A DNA stretch of 64,000 nt from Octopus vulgaris (taxonomy: Eukaryota). The stretch is taken from contig OX597836.1 in the NCBI GenBank assembly GCA_951406725.2, positions 19,840,001-19,904,000 of the forward strand, read 5' to 3'. Below are positions 25,315 through 38,614 of the stretch, piece after piece. Position numbers and translations under genes: made by a program. Position 1 is the stretch's first letter, and every line of letters begins with the position of its first letter. A model generated the notes under the pieces. It was not told where the DNA came from. It did not search any database and was given only the letters and a program-made list of their open reading frames with translations.

Positions 25315-25505
25315 AGTCTGATGCCTCTTATGCCCACCTTTTCTCTCAAGATGCTTACACTCTGTCGAACATTCACATTGGGCACATCCACTGCACATTG
25401 CACATCCAGTGCACATCCAGTGAAGCTTACTGGTTTCAATTCTTTCAAGTCTACGTATGCCGTTGGCTGTCACAGTCCATGTTTCACTGCCACGTACAAT
25501 TGACA
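25315..25505 (-). mobile_element. RTE LINE fragment
   Basis: GSETWTVTANGIRRLER...LREKVGIRGIR, homologous to 5980-6140. Confidence 0.7.
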
Positions 25506-25849
25506 CGAACCACGTCGTACAACGGGAAGCAAGCTTCTTACCACACAGCTACAAAGAGAGAAAACAATCTGAGAAGAAGAAGAGAGAGAGAGAGAGAAAA
25601 CAATCTGAGAAGAAGAAGAAGAGAGAGAGAGAGAGAGAGAGAAAACAATCTGAGAAGAAGAGAGAGAGAGAGAGAGAGAGAGGGAGGGAGAGATGAAGAC
25701 ATATACACACATAAATATGCATGCATACATACAATTGCAAGTACGTACACTCATACACACATATATAAAAGTAAATATGGTAATCTTTAGGTGGCAACCC
25801 ATATAGAGTTTATTCGGTAATCCTCTTATAAGTATAATGAAATTTAGGC

Positions 25850-25889
25850 TTTGCTGAAGAGGCCTTACAAAGCCTAAACATGTTTGGAA
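25850..25889 (+). ncRNA. Degenerate hammerhead motif (G12 mutated)
   Basis: CTGAAGA-ggc-cttacaaa-gcc-TAAA-catg-T-T; palindromic stem III ACATGT. Confidence 0.4.
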
Positions 25890-26138
25890 CCGTCCCTGAT
25901 ATTTGCAGTAATATTCAAAATGATAAAAATAACATTTCTAATGTTCTCCCCCTCCCCTCATCCTCATAAATAATTGCGATTAAATGGTTTTAATTGTCAT
26001 TGAGCAAGAATATATTTAATTCCAATTAAATATGTTCATATTCAATATGTTAGTACTAACTTAACTAACGTATTTCATGCAGACGGCGTCTCTGAGAAAT
26101 CTCCAACGTGCTTATATATATATATATATATATATATA

Positions 26139-26348
26139 CCACAACATAAGGGACGTTAGCCATCCGAATATGGCTAGGGACAGGGCAGGGCGGTGGGGGT
26201 GTTACTGATGCATTTAGCCCCAGGCGATCATCAACGTCACCAGAAGGGCTGGTTGATGATCGCCTGGGGCTAAATGCATCAGTAACACCCCCACCGCCCT
26301 GCCCTGTCCCTAGTCATATTCGGATGGCTAACGTCCCTTATGTTATGG
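26139..26348. repeat. 97-bp inverted repeat with 16-nt spacer, in (TA)n context
   Basis: Arms 26139-26235 and 26252-26348, two mismatches seen. Confidence 0.92.
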
Positions 26349-26388
26349 AGCAGTTACTGTATATACCTCGCTTAGAGAATTATTATTG

Positions 26389-26427
<39 letters not shown>

Positions 26428-26437
26428 AACAAAAGCA

Positions 26438-26489
<52 letters not shown>

Positions 26490-26511
26490 CACATGTATGC
26501 ATATGTATATA

Positions 26512-26752
26512 CAGTTGCGGCCAAAATGTTCAGAACGGCATTGTTTTCGCCAGAAAAGTAGGTATAAGTTTTTATCAAAGTTGTTTTATATTCTATAATA
26601 AATACGATATCAATTGTTATTGTCTGAGATTTTGGTGTAATTTGAGAGGATAATACAAAAGTTATGGATGATTTTGTGATTTACTTTGATAAATACTTAT
26701 ACCTACTTTTCTGGCGAAAACAATGCCGTTCTGAACATTTTGGCCGCAACTG
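26512..26752. mobile_element. Tc1/mariner-type MITE
   Basis: TIR of about 58 bp cagttgcggccaaaatgttcagaacggcattgttttcgccagaaaagtaggtataagt, TA on both sides. Confidence 0.85.
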
Positions 26753-27379
26753 TACATATATGTATATTTCTCTTTTGAAAATTAGAATCCATTTCATCAC
26801 TTTTTAGGCATGGCTCTGTGGTAAGAAGTTTGCTTCCGAACCGCATAGTTTCGGTTTCAGTTCCATTGCATGGTACTTGGGCAAGCATCTTCTACTATAT
26901 ATAGTCCCGGGTCGACCAAAGTCTTGTGAGTGGGTTTGGTAGATGGAAACTGAAAGAAGCACGTCGTAACCCACGAGGTTTTCTTGGATGATGAGGGGAA
27001 ATGAAAAATGGCGCTATATATGTGTTTTATACTATGCAAATAAGCGCGAAGTCAAATCGCTTTGGATGAGGCTTGAAATTTCCATCATACTTTTAGGTTT
27101 ACTGACATATTAGTTCTGCTCAAGGCCCCCCGATAAAATAAGATTAAATCCAGAAGATTTTCCATAATATTTCCGTTCAGAATAATGCCAAAATATAATG
27201 GTTTCAAGTACTATATTTCCGAAGAGAAACACAGATGTCTTTCCTAAAGAGGTCAGACTCTGTGAGAGATTTTCAGGAAATATTTTTACGTGGATTTTTT
27301 TTTCAGAGCACCATCAAAGCTGCCAAAGAAATCTGATCCTTGGAACTTAATTGCTTCATTAAGTCTAACTACCGCAATG

Positions 27380-27417
<38 letters not shown>

Positions 27418-27615
27418 GTGGTAGTGAGTCAACGAGAAATACCAGCAACGAGTACTAAATTGCAGCTCTTAAAGCTACAATGTGCGACTCCCGAGATATT
27501 GGCTTTCATTACCATTTTCTGTAAAACATCTTCAACATCCTATCAGCCGAATTTTAAATTATTAAGAGCAAAAATGAAGACTCATTAAAAATTTTCCATA
27601 AGCAGAGATTATGTA

Positions 27616-27655
<40 letters not shown>

Positions 27656-27724
27656 AAGGAAAGAATAGAGTAAAAAAATAGGGGGAGTACGATTCGACAG
27701 CTGTCGAATCGTAGAGTACACCTC

Positions 27725-27774
<50 letters not shown>

Positions 27775-27984
27775 TCAAACTGGGGGTGAAAATTTGGATA
27801 TTAATTTGATAACATCAATTTTAACACCAGTGGTCTAGCATACAAAAAACTGAGATTCAGTAAATATTATTTAATACATAAATATAAGGTGGAATTTTTT
27901 TAACCACTATGTGGAAACCCTTATGCTAGAAGAAGATCCGCTATGGTCTCAACCACTTAAAATTGTTCTCCAGAAAATTTAGCA

Positions 27985-28196
27985 CACTAAACATGAAAAC
28001 ACAAAAAGAAAACCAACAACGCGAGGACGTGGAACAAATATAGAGTTATTGGACGCTGAGGAAATGAAAGAAGGAAGGCGAATTTAATGTTTCGAGCGAA
28101 GCTCTTCGTCAGAAACATAGGAAAAGGAAAGATCCAAGGAAGGGAAGACGGAGGAAAAAACATCGCCAACGATACGCATGCTATCACATATTGAAT

Positions 28197-28243
<47 letters not shown>

Positions 28244-28386
28244 ATATATATTCCTTGGATCTTTCCTTTTTCTGTTTTCGAAACGTTAAATTCGCCTTCC
28301 TACTTTCACTTCCTCAGCGTCCAATAACTCTATACTTGTTCCACGTCCTCGCGTTGTGTTTTCTCTTTGTGTTTTCATGTTTGGAT

Positions 28387-28390
<4 letters not shown>
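27985..28390. mobile_element. Inverted pair of a short (probably Penelope-derived) repeat around a (TA)n tract
   Basis: 27985-28141 is the reverse complement of about 28251-28383; the second copy lacks the hammerhead core. Confidence 0.7.
28083..28115 (-). ncRNA. Minimal hammerhead ribozyme motif
   Basis: ttt-CTGACGA-a-gagc-ttc-gctc-GAAA-ca-T-T-aaa; the sister copy at 28279 reads gaaacgttaaa (stem III ACGT). Confidence 0.6.
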
Positions 28391-28423
<33 letters not shown>

Positions 28424-28608
28424 AAATATAAGAGAGTTAACGTTAAATAGGTTAACTCTAGTGCTAGAAATAGCTCCGTATTCTGGTATAGCCGCCGACG
28501 ATACCTCCACATAGAAATAGCACTACCCTCAACGTAAGGAAAGTGAAATACAACTAAAAAATAGATTAATGTTGTACAATTGTTTCTTTATTAATATAAT
28601 ATGCAAAT

Positions 28609-28684
<76 letters not shown>

Positions 28685-28877
28685 GAAGGTAAGGCGTCAA
28701 TGGAGCATGATTTGGCTGTTATATGTAATAGGTCGATAATCTCATTGCCAGAGTAGCTAGAACACTGATTGGTCATGAAACCTATAGAAAGTATATTCAT
28801 TTATACAACCAAGCCCTCTTTCTCTCACTCTCTGTATACACACACACTTATACATATACCATTGTTTTCTCTTACAG

Positions 28878-28952
28878 TTTTGACGTAGATGGTTCTGGAA
28901 CAATCGACGCTATTGAATTACACAGAGCCTTCCAATCATTCGGATACCAAGT
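28878..28952 (+). CDS. Penta-EF-hand exon, EF3
   Basis: cttacag|(T)FDVDGSGTIDAIELHRAFQSFGYQ(V)|gtaagt; phase 2-2, 75 nt. Confidence 0.92.
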
Positions 28953-29096
28953 GTAAGTTCGTTTATAAACACCCCACTTTTTATTCTCCTCACGCTTTTT
29001 TTCTTCCCACACTTGCTCTTAATCCACAAACTCACACACCATCTAATCCCTGCACTCACAAAAACATAACAGCAAAAGATTTTTTTACATTATAAA

Positions 29097-29528
29097 CTAG
29101 CAGCATAGCCCGGCGTTGCCCGGGTATGTAAGAGCCCCTAGTAGGCAACGACTAATCCCAATCTAGTCCTTTCCCTCTAGGGAACATAGGTGCATGTGTA
29201 GGTTGCAATGTCTTCTCTTCACTCGAATACTTCCGTGTATACGATGTTCCTAGCTGTCCCTTTGGGCGATAAAATGGTCGAGTTGTGTCCCCCAGAGAGA
29301 AAATGTGTTGCATATAAAAAGCTTAGATTCTCGAGCCAATGTCGAATTTATCGATTTTTTTCAGAACTGGGGGAACTTTTCAAAATTTTCACTGCGTTAG
29401 TTTTGAATTATGACATTGGGCTATGTGTGTGTCAAGTTTCATCAGAATCGGTTGAAAGCCGTGGTCAGGGTGAGGGTACAACCTGACAGACACACAGACA
29501 GACAAACTGCCGTTTATATATAAAGAGA
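29097..29528 (-). mobile_element. Non-autonomous Helitron-type element
   Basis: 5' TC, 3' hairpin cccgggcaacgccggg plus CTAG; 5' half matches the 16.5k copy. Confidence 0.75.
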
Positions 29529-29714
29529 TACGCTCCTTACCCATAAAAGTAATATTGGATACCAAATGAAAATTCATGAAAGCGCAACCTACAGAGCCCT
29601 CCTCTCCCGTAATTCCTTTTCGTCATGTAATACTCTTTAAAAATCTTTGATACTTCCTCTCACCACCGTCTTCCTAAAAAAGATAATAATCATAAAAATA
29701 TTAATCTTTTCTAC

Positions 29715-29918
29715 TAAATGCACAAGGCCTGAAATTTGGGGGACGGGGGCAAGTCGATTACATCAACCCCCCGGTATTTCACAGGTACTTAATTTATCGA
29801 CCCCGAAAGGATGAAAGGCAAAGTCGACCTCGGTGGAACTTGAACTCGGGATGTAAAGACGGACGAAATGCCGCTAAGAATTTCACCCGGCGTGCTAACG
29901 ACTCTGCCAGCTCGCTGC
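29715..29918 (-). mobile_element. SINE family A variant tail (cacaaggcctgaaattt)
   Basis: Shared core tcgaccccgaaaggatgaaaggcaaagtcgacctcgg. Confidence 0.8.
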
Positions 29919-30168
29919 TTTAAATAATAATAATGATGATGATGATGAGGATGATGATAATAATAATAATGATCCAACAAAAACGAAGTAAACAACGAAA
30001 GACAACAAACCCAGACCATATGAATGTATTATGATGAGCAAAATTCACCAAACCAGAATACCACAGACAAAAATATGAATGGGAGGAAATACGAAACAAA
30101 TCTAAAACCTGCAAACAGTGAAGGTGAAACTAATGATTGTGATACTCTAAAAATGAGCATAATCGAAG

Positions 30169-30598
30169 GGCAATCTTTCGTCTCTTGTAGACCTTTCCGT
30201 CGATTTCCGTAAAAAAATTTTTGTTTTTACATATGGGCTTGCGGGAACTTTTGAAGTAATGAGAGCGAAAGAGACTAAGAGAAAGCGATTGTATGACGAG
30301 GGAAATTATTTTGGAGTTACCGTGCATGGGAGCATTGATGTACATGTGTGTGTGTGTGTGTGTGTGTTTGATGGGGTGTGGGAGACAGACAGTATGTTGT
30401 GTAAGTGAAGTGCTTCTGTTAGTGTGTGTGAAGAGACAGAGTAATGTGTGAAAGAAAGAGATAACTGAAATTTTTTACTCGGTGTATGTGTATATATGTA
30501 TGTATATTACTTCAAAAGTTCCCGCAAGCCCATATGTAAAAAAAAAAAAATTTTTTACAGAAATCAACGGAAAGGTCTACTAGAGACGAAAGATCGCC
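30169..30598. mobile_element. GGC(G/A)ATCTTTCG-terminal MITE (Merlin-like), 9-bp TSD taatcgaag
   Basis: TIRs of about 90 bp; TSD 30160-30168 and 30599-30607; interior matches 2100-2400. Confidence 0.88.
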
Positions 30599-30639
30599 TA
30601 ATCGAAGTCACAGATTTCAGTTTGGACCACCGATTGTAC

Positions 30640-31050
30640 CTCCCAAAAATTAAAATTGATAATCGGAAACCAGACATTGTTGCAGTGAATAAAAAAGAAA
30701 GAACATGAATGATAATCGACATAGCATGCCCCGGTGACAACAGGATCAATGTGAGAAGAAGTAAAAAAATAAACAACTATGATGATTTAAAGTGGGAAAT
30801 ACGAAGGTTGTGGTCAATGAAGAGAGTAGACTTGGTACCAATAGTAATTGGTGCACTTGGAAGTATCAGCACTCAACTATCAAGATGGCTGAAAAAGACT
30901 GGTGCAATCAGCATTGCTTGGAATTGCAAGAATTCTTTGCAGGGTTCTTGATGCATGACCATTAAACAAGCATCACTTTCGTGCGTTGGCTGTGGACAGC
31001 TGACACTTTCCATCGTACCCAGCAAAATAAGCTGTGGGTTTTCATGACAT
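30640..31050 (+). mobile_element. R4/Dong-type LINE, restriction-like endonuclease region and 3' end
   Basis: RKPDIVAVNKKERT*MIIDIACPGD...KINNYDDLKWEIRRLW...VPIVIGALGS, then a (TAA/CAA)n tail. Confidence 0.85.
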
Positions 31051-31144
31051 AATAATAATAATAACAACAACAATAATAATAACAATAATAACAACAGTGT
31101 ATTCTTCGATGTCGAAATGCTGATGTAGACCAAGCAACCACCCA

Positions 31145-31560
31145 TCAATGGCTGAGGAGTTCAGGACTGAAAGCAGGGACTGAAGGTTTCATATTGGCGA
31201 CACAAGATCAAAGCTTGCTTACCAGAAACTACCAGGCTAACTGTTGAATCGCTCGTTCAACGTACCATATAACGGGATAATAATAATGTTCTCGCAAATC
31301 ATTTCACTCAAGATACTGGTAATAACCCTCGACAATACGCAACCTTCCACTTTACCCATCGAAGGCTCTCTGGGTATGTTTACTTGCACACAACACTAAC
31401 ATTCTTCAAAACGGTTCTGACCCTAAATGCAGATTCTGCAACTCATTTGACAAAACAATGGACCATCTTGTTTTGGGATGTCCAGTGCTGGCACCAAACG
31501 AATACAAAAATCGCTACGATAGGGTAGGACAGTATTTATATAGGAAAATATGTAAATACT
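31145..31560 (+). mobile_element. R4/Dong-type LINE fragment with CCHC knuckle, interrupted by a solo LTR
   Basis: WLRSSGLKAGTEGFILATQDQSLLTRNY...KCRFCNSFDKTMDHLVLGCPVLA. Confidence 0.8.
31242..31395. mobile_element. 154-bp solo LTR
   Basis: TGTTG...CAACA termini; 5-bp TSD ctaac (31237-31241, 31396-31400); removing it rejoins the LINE coding sequence. Confidence 0.8.
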
Positions 31561-31717
31561 CAAAATCGGTAACTCTTTCTATTATAGGCACAAGGCCTAA
31601 AATTTGGGAGAAGGGGGCCAACTCGATTACATCGACCCCAACTTATATACTGGGCTTCGTATATTTTACCTTAGTGTCACTTTGATGGAATGCACTGCTC
31701 TCTCACTTACTCAATAA

Positions 31718-32107
31718 TCTCTCTACATATAAAGCTGAAGCTGTCTGTGTGTGGTAGGTTTGGTAGCCTTCAACTAACACTATCTCCTCCGTGACCGTGC
31801 GGCACAAGTTGACCAAAATCGAGAGTATGATAGAAGAAGGCTTGCTCTTCCTTCCGTAGAAGAAAAATTGAAATCGGACCATGTTAACACCAAAAATTAT
31901 TTACATCAAAAAGGTGCTTTTTTTCTTAGAAAATCCATATTTTTTACGATTTCTTGACTGCTGTGTCGCCATTTTTCGGTGTATTTCAACCAGAAAAATG
32001 TTCACTTAAAGAGAATAACAAGCTACATAATGCAAAATTTATACTTTTCAAAAATTCCAATTCTGAAGGGTCGAAACAAACCCGAGCAACGCCGGGCGAT
32101 ACTGCTA

Positions 32108-32108
<1 letters not shown>
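31718..32108 (+). mobile_element. Non-autonomous Helitron-type element
   Basis: A|TC start, cccgagcaacgccggg hairpin, CTAG|T end; inserted in (TAA)n. Confidence 0.8.
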
Positions 32109-32164
<56 letters not shown>

Positions 32165-32260
32165 GACAACAGGGGTTGGCAAGAGCCTTGTTTTGATACA
32201 CAACATGTATTACCTTTATATAATTTTCTGACATAGTGTAGATTATTATTTATTTTTCTT

Positions 32261-32302
<42 letters not shown>

Positions 32303-32610
32303 GTGTGTGTGTATGTTGCGCGTGTTGCGTATGTATGTGTGTGTTAGGGATATGTGAATGTGAAACAAATAACCAAGCTATCACATTTCCCTCTTTTCTA
32401 TTCTATTCAACTTCAGTGTTGGACCTTGAATTACATCCATTAGTCTTTTTTTTTCTTCTTTAGTTACTTTTAAGATTTTGTTTTATTTTCCATCTTTTGA
32501 TTCGTGAGATTTTTAAAAATAATAAATTCGCTTTTATAGCTTCCTGAGTGCACATTTTATTCTATGTACGTATATACATACATAAAAATGTGTGTGTCCC
32601 TCCATATATA

Positions 32611-32667
<57 letters not shown>

Positions 32668-32736
32668 GTATATATACATATTATATACAATATATATATA
32701 TATCTGTATATATACATATTATATACAATATATATC

Positions 32737-32776
<40 letters not shown>

Positions 32777-32791
32777 CACACACACACACAC

Positions 32792-32847
<56 letters not shown>

Positions 32848-34395
32848 ATATATATGGACACACACATATGTGCATACATAATAATGCTGACATTACATTT
32901 TGTACGATTTAAACAGATGTAAATAGTTGCTTCTCAACACTAACCTTTCTCTCTCACTGTATGTGTGTGTGTGTGTGTGTGTATATAAAATGCATGTATG
33001 TATGATACTCACCACCCAAATCATCGTGAACACTGACAACTTAGCACCCCACGAATTCAATTCTCTCACCCCCTTCCTCGTTTCTCACCTCGACTCCGTG
33101 TGAATGGCACGAAACCCGAAATATATTTTAATACAGACAAATTAATGCAGTCTAATGCGCCAGCTGCATGTTAATTATTAGTTAATTATTAGATAATAGG
33201 TCTGTGAATTGTTCGACTAAGTTCAGTGACGGATAGGAAAAAGAAAAAAACGGAGAGAATTTATAAAAAAAAAAAGCCGTGCGCAGTATTTAGTTGAGAA
33301 ACTCAAAGTGTTCGATTCTGCCGAGGTCAACTTTTCATCCTTCCAGGGTCGATATTTTAAAGAAATTCTCGGTCGAGTGCCTATGTTGGAAATCAATAGG
33401 CTATTTACGGCAGCGAGCTGGCAGAATCGGTAGCACGCCGGGTAAAATGCTTAGCGGTATTTCGTCCGTCTTAACGTTCTGAGTTCAAATTCCGCGAAAG
33501 CTGACTTTGCATTTTATCCTTTCGGGGTCGATAAAATAAATACTAGTTGAGCACTGGGGTCGATGTAATCGACTTACTCCCTCCCTTGAAACTGCTGACC
33601 ATGTGCGTTCTGAGGGGTATTTTTACCTTTCATCCTTCCGGGGTTAATTAATTAAACATCCGTACCATTCAAGAACAGTAGATATTATTGCAGAAATCAA
33701 GTAATTGCAACGCCCAAGTTGCGATATAAAGTTAAACACACACACACATCATAAGAATATAGAAAATATGAGAACGTGAATCAGTTCTTTTGAGGAGCGG
33801 TGAATCTCGGAGCAAATAAAGCTATACATACTAGTGTGTAAATATTGGGTTAAACACCCTATGGATAGAAAAAGCCGAAGGCTACCCTTGGGACACGAAC
33901 CCACACTTGTAAACATGACAGATGTTTTACCATTGGACCAAAGTAATCCTTCGAATTTTTCTTTTTCTATACACATACATATCACAACAGCATCTTCAGT
34001 ACAAACACATTAATAATTTTCAGAAAATGTGCCATTCGGTGCTGCAATCGAACCTTCGAATTTACGATCGTGAACACACTAGATCACCCACCTTTATCGT
34101 TACGATAATATATAAAAAAAAAAAAATGGTTAAGACAATTGGTAAGCGATGAATAGCTTTGCGTAAACCATGGTTCGCTTTGTTCTCTTACTTTATTATC
34201 ATATTATAATCATCTCATAATAATGACTTTTATGACTCTTATTACTACCTCAGTCAATCTAAATGTATATATTTGTCGTTACCTGTCATAAATAGCCTTT
34301 TTTTTTTATTTGCAATGTGCATTTTCGTTGATTTTTCATATATTACCCTTACATTTCCACGTGTATTTTATATTTTCTTTTTTAGTACATATTTA

Positions 34396-35360
<965 letters not shown>

Positions 35361-35530
35361 TATGAGAGAAATGCAAGAGAGTTTGATTTAAATTTCAATT
35401 TTAAATATCGTATGTGATAGTTCGATTTCAGTTTTGATTTGAACTTTCTCTGTGATAAATAATTCGATCGCAATTCTGATTTTAAAATCCATTTGTATCG
35501 TTTAATCAATGTTATCATCTTCTTTTGCAG

Positions 35531-35699
35531 ATCAAACCAGTTCGCCCAGTTAGTGGTCAGAATTTATGATAAAAAAGGAATGGGTTGTATGCATTTCGAT
35601 AGTTTCATCAATGCTTGCGTTTTGTTGAAGTTGTTGACGAACAGGTTCGAAGAAAAAGACCCCCGTGGAGCCAAACGGATCCAACTGGACATGGAACAA
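35531..35699 (+). CDS. Penta-EF-hand exon, EF4-EF5
   Basis: tttgcag|[56 protein letters not shown]|gtaatt. Confidence 0.92.
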
Positions 35700-36614
35700 G
35701 TAATTTTCAAAACAGAAAAAAATTCTTTTAGATATTGTTACAAATGTCTTTATTGTTGTTTTAACGCTAAGTCAGACCTGGTCCAGCAGACCTGTTGCTT
35801 TTAAAACCATGGCCATCTTCAGACAAAAAGAAAAAAAGAAAAAATAAATTATGATATCTCGAATGAATTTTGTTTTGTCACTCGAGATGATGATGGCCAA
35901 ATTTTGGCCGACTTGGAGCAGGCATGGGTAATCTTTTTCGAGAAGCGGGCCGCATGTGACATGACTCATCAGTGCGGGTCAAAATAAAGAAAAAAAACAA
36001 ACATTGGAGGTAATTTTTCGATAGGCGTGCCATACAGAGCGTCCTGCGAGTCGTAGATTGCCCATGACCGAACTAAATACTCTTTCCAGAGTATCAAGTC
36101 AAAATTCTTCCGAAGTTGTTTCGCGCCTTTTTATATGTAGTTCGTCAGAAACAGACGTACGGTATCATTTTGCAAATATCTTTCCTCGATGTTGTTGTAT
36201 TATAATATTTAACCTTCTCTCTCGCCATCTACGTTATAAACTAGAAGTAGGCTATCACACACATTTTAATTTCTGTTGTTGTAATGACAATGTTTTGTTC
36301 CAGAGACAACTGTATATTTTTTCAGGAAGAATTCTGGAAGGATGTCTGCTTAGATACATAACAAAAAGATTCTGAAGAAAAAAAAAAAAACGCTATCGCC
36401 GGTCACATCGTAACACATGGTTTACTAGTATTTTCATCCGTTTTTTTGTTTGTTTTTTCTTGGCATGAATAAGGCATTTTCATACTAAAATATATTTTTA
36501 AATAGTTAAAAGAAAGCTTTATAGTATTATATCAATTTATATAAATTGTCCGATTCTTGATACTTTTAAATCCTAATCTTTCATAATTATAATTTAATTT
36601 TTTTTATTTTTCAG

Positions 36615-36656
36615 TTCATTGAAATGGTTGTGGACACGTTTCTTATTCAATGTTAA
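36615..36656 (+). CDS. Penta-EF-hand terminal coding exon
   Basis: ttttttcag|FIEMVVDTFLIQC* resembles the final PEF helix (cf. YLSMVFSIV); AATAAA near 37134. Confidence 0.8.
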   Translation, partial: FIEMVVDTFLIQC

Positions 36657-38202
36657 CCAAATCCGAGCCAATGAATTTGAACGATTTGAAGAGTTCTCAA
36701 GCGAGTAGACAACGCACTAGAGCTGTCATATCTTTCTTTTTATATCTTCTCATGTTACCTAACTCCCTAAAAGAAAAAAAAGTAACTCAGGGTACTCCTA
36801 TACGTGTAAATCAAATTTTTCAGTCATTTGTGGAACCAAACCGGAATATAGGTCTAAATGAAAGTCTATGGTGTTACAGAAGACTTGAACACTGGACCAA
36901 AGAAAAACAAGCAGTTTGTTTAATGAAACAAACCACGATGAAATAGTTAAAGGTTACGTTGATGCTTTATCTAGATGTTCCTGTAATCAAAGCATTTCGA
37001 ATGATTTTTCTGAAGATATTTTTTTCGTGGAAATTAACAGCTAAAAGCACTGAGAAATATATTTCACGTTGACCTGAAACCAGGTTAGTCCTTAATTGTG
37101 GACCACAAATTTTAATTTCTGTAATGATGTGTAAATAAAATAAAATTAACTTATTTCCTATTTTTATTCAGTAAACATTTTTTTTCATTAAACCCTTTAA
37201 TAATTCACTAATTTGATTTTGTAAAACACTAAATTATATTTCAAGCATAGTTAAATATATTTCGCACTGGCCTGGAACTAGAGCAACCATTAAGCAACTA
37301 TGAATCTGTTCACTTGAATTTCTGTAATCATGTATAAAATAACTGTTTTTCTTTATTTTCTATTTTCATTCAGAAAAAAAAAATCTACAAAACCTTTAAT
37401 AACTGACGAATTAGGTTCAGTAATTTTAGATATATAACCAGTCAACATCTCGCTTGCAAATAATTAAAAAACGATTTTAGTTAAGCTTATGTTTAAATTA
37501 GAGACAAAATTAAGATTATGTTCACACGCAAGTTGAAATCCTAGTTAACCTTTGTAATTAAGAAGCCTATATAAACCGGGTCTCAAGTTTCATAATAGGC
37601 TGGTATTGTACTTGTCTGGAAGAGGATAAGAAATCGTATGTGAGAGAATATATCTATGGCCAGGCCGTATAAGTCCGATGAAAGAAAATACACTAAACAT
37701 GCGTTTTAATAAAAAAAAGTTTAACTTAGTTGAATATGCATGCATTTTAAATGGCTTCCAGTACTACTAAGGTACAATACATATGTACTCTTGGATTAAT
37801 TGAAAATACTGACATAAGCTCCGTTATTTAGCGATAAGATCAGTTTACCTATCTCAGCTTCCCCACCACACACCAAATTCTGAAAGATGTTATGTAAGAG
37901 GATTTCCGTAGATTTGAGTGGCAAAGAAAATTCTTGTACTATTTCCTCTCAAAACTTGAAAAGTGGTCTTCTAAGCGATCTTCTCCCGGAAATTCGTAAG
38001 TTGACATAAGACGCAAATTTTTTCCCACCGAAAAGGCGTCTCAAAAATGCTAAGTTGGGTCTTCCATAAGTTTTAAGGCACTAAAGTACCAAGCTTTAAA
38101 AACAAACAAAATCAATAAAGTACTGGGGTCGATTTGTTCGACTTATCCCTTTAAAGCTGCTCCCTAGCATGGCCACAGTCAATGACTGAAACAACTAAAA
38201 CG

Positions 38203-38614
38203 GGATCTTTTCGGTTTGAAAGGCAGTTTTTTAAAAATAATTTCCACATAACTAAACACTTTAAAACTTCGTATACTGGTAGAATGTGTTTATAAAACAT
38301 CTTTTTCTCTTGGCTTTATTGAGAAAATTCTATAGTTTGTAAGATATTTGGGTTTTTTTCTTCAGTTTCTGCAATTTCAACCAATCAATGACGTCTATTA
38401 AGGTGAAAACATTCTGTACCGTATGAATATGTCCCTCGTTTAAGAAACAGATTGGGTTTATTTACATTTCTGAAGAAAAAAAAAGATACCCTTCACCCCA
38501 CCCCTAACCTTAAAACAGATTGAAATGCAATAGATCGATACTAGGGTCATAATTATGGGTGACAATTTTATATGACACCGCTAGAAAAAACTGCCGTTCA
38601 AACCGAAAAGTTCC
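38203..38614. mobile_element. GGATC-terminal MITE (Merlin-like)
   Basis: ggatcttttcggtttgaaaggcag / ctgccgttcaaaccgaaaagttcc; decayed TSD ctaaaacg/ctaaaaga; inverted near-copy of 56240-56663. Confidence 0.85.
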
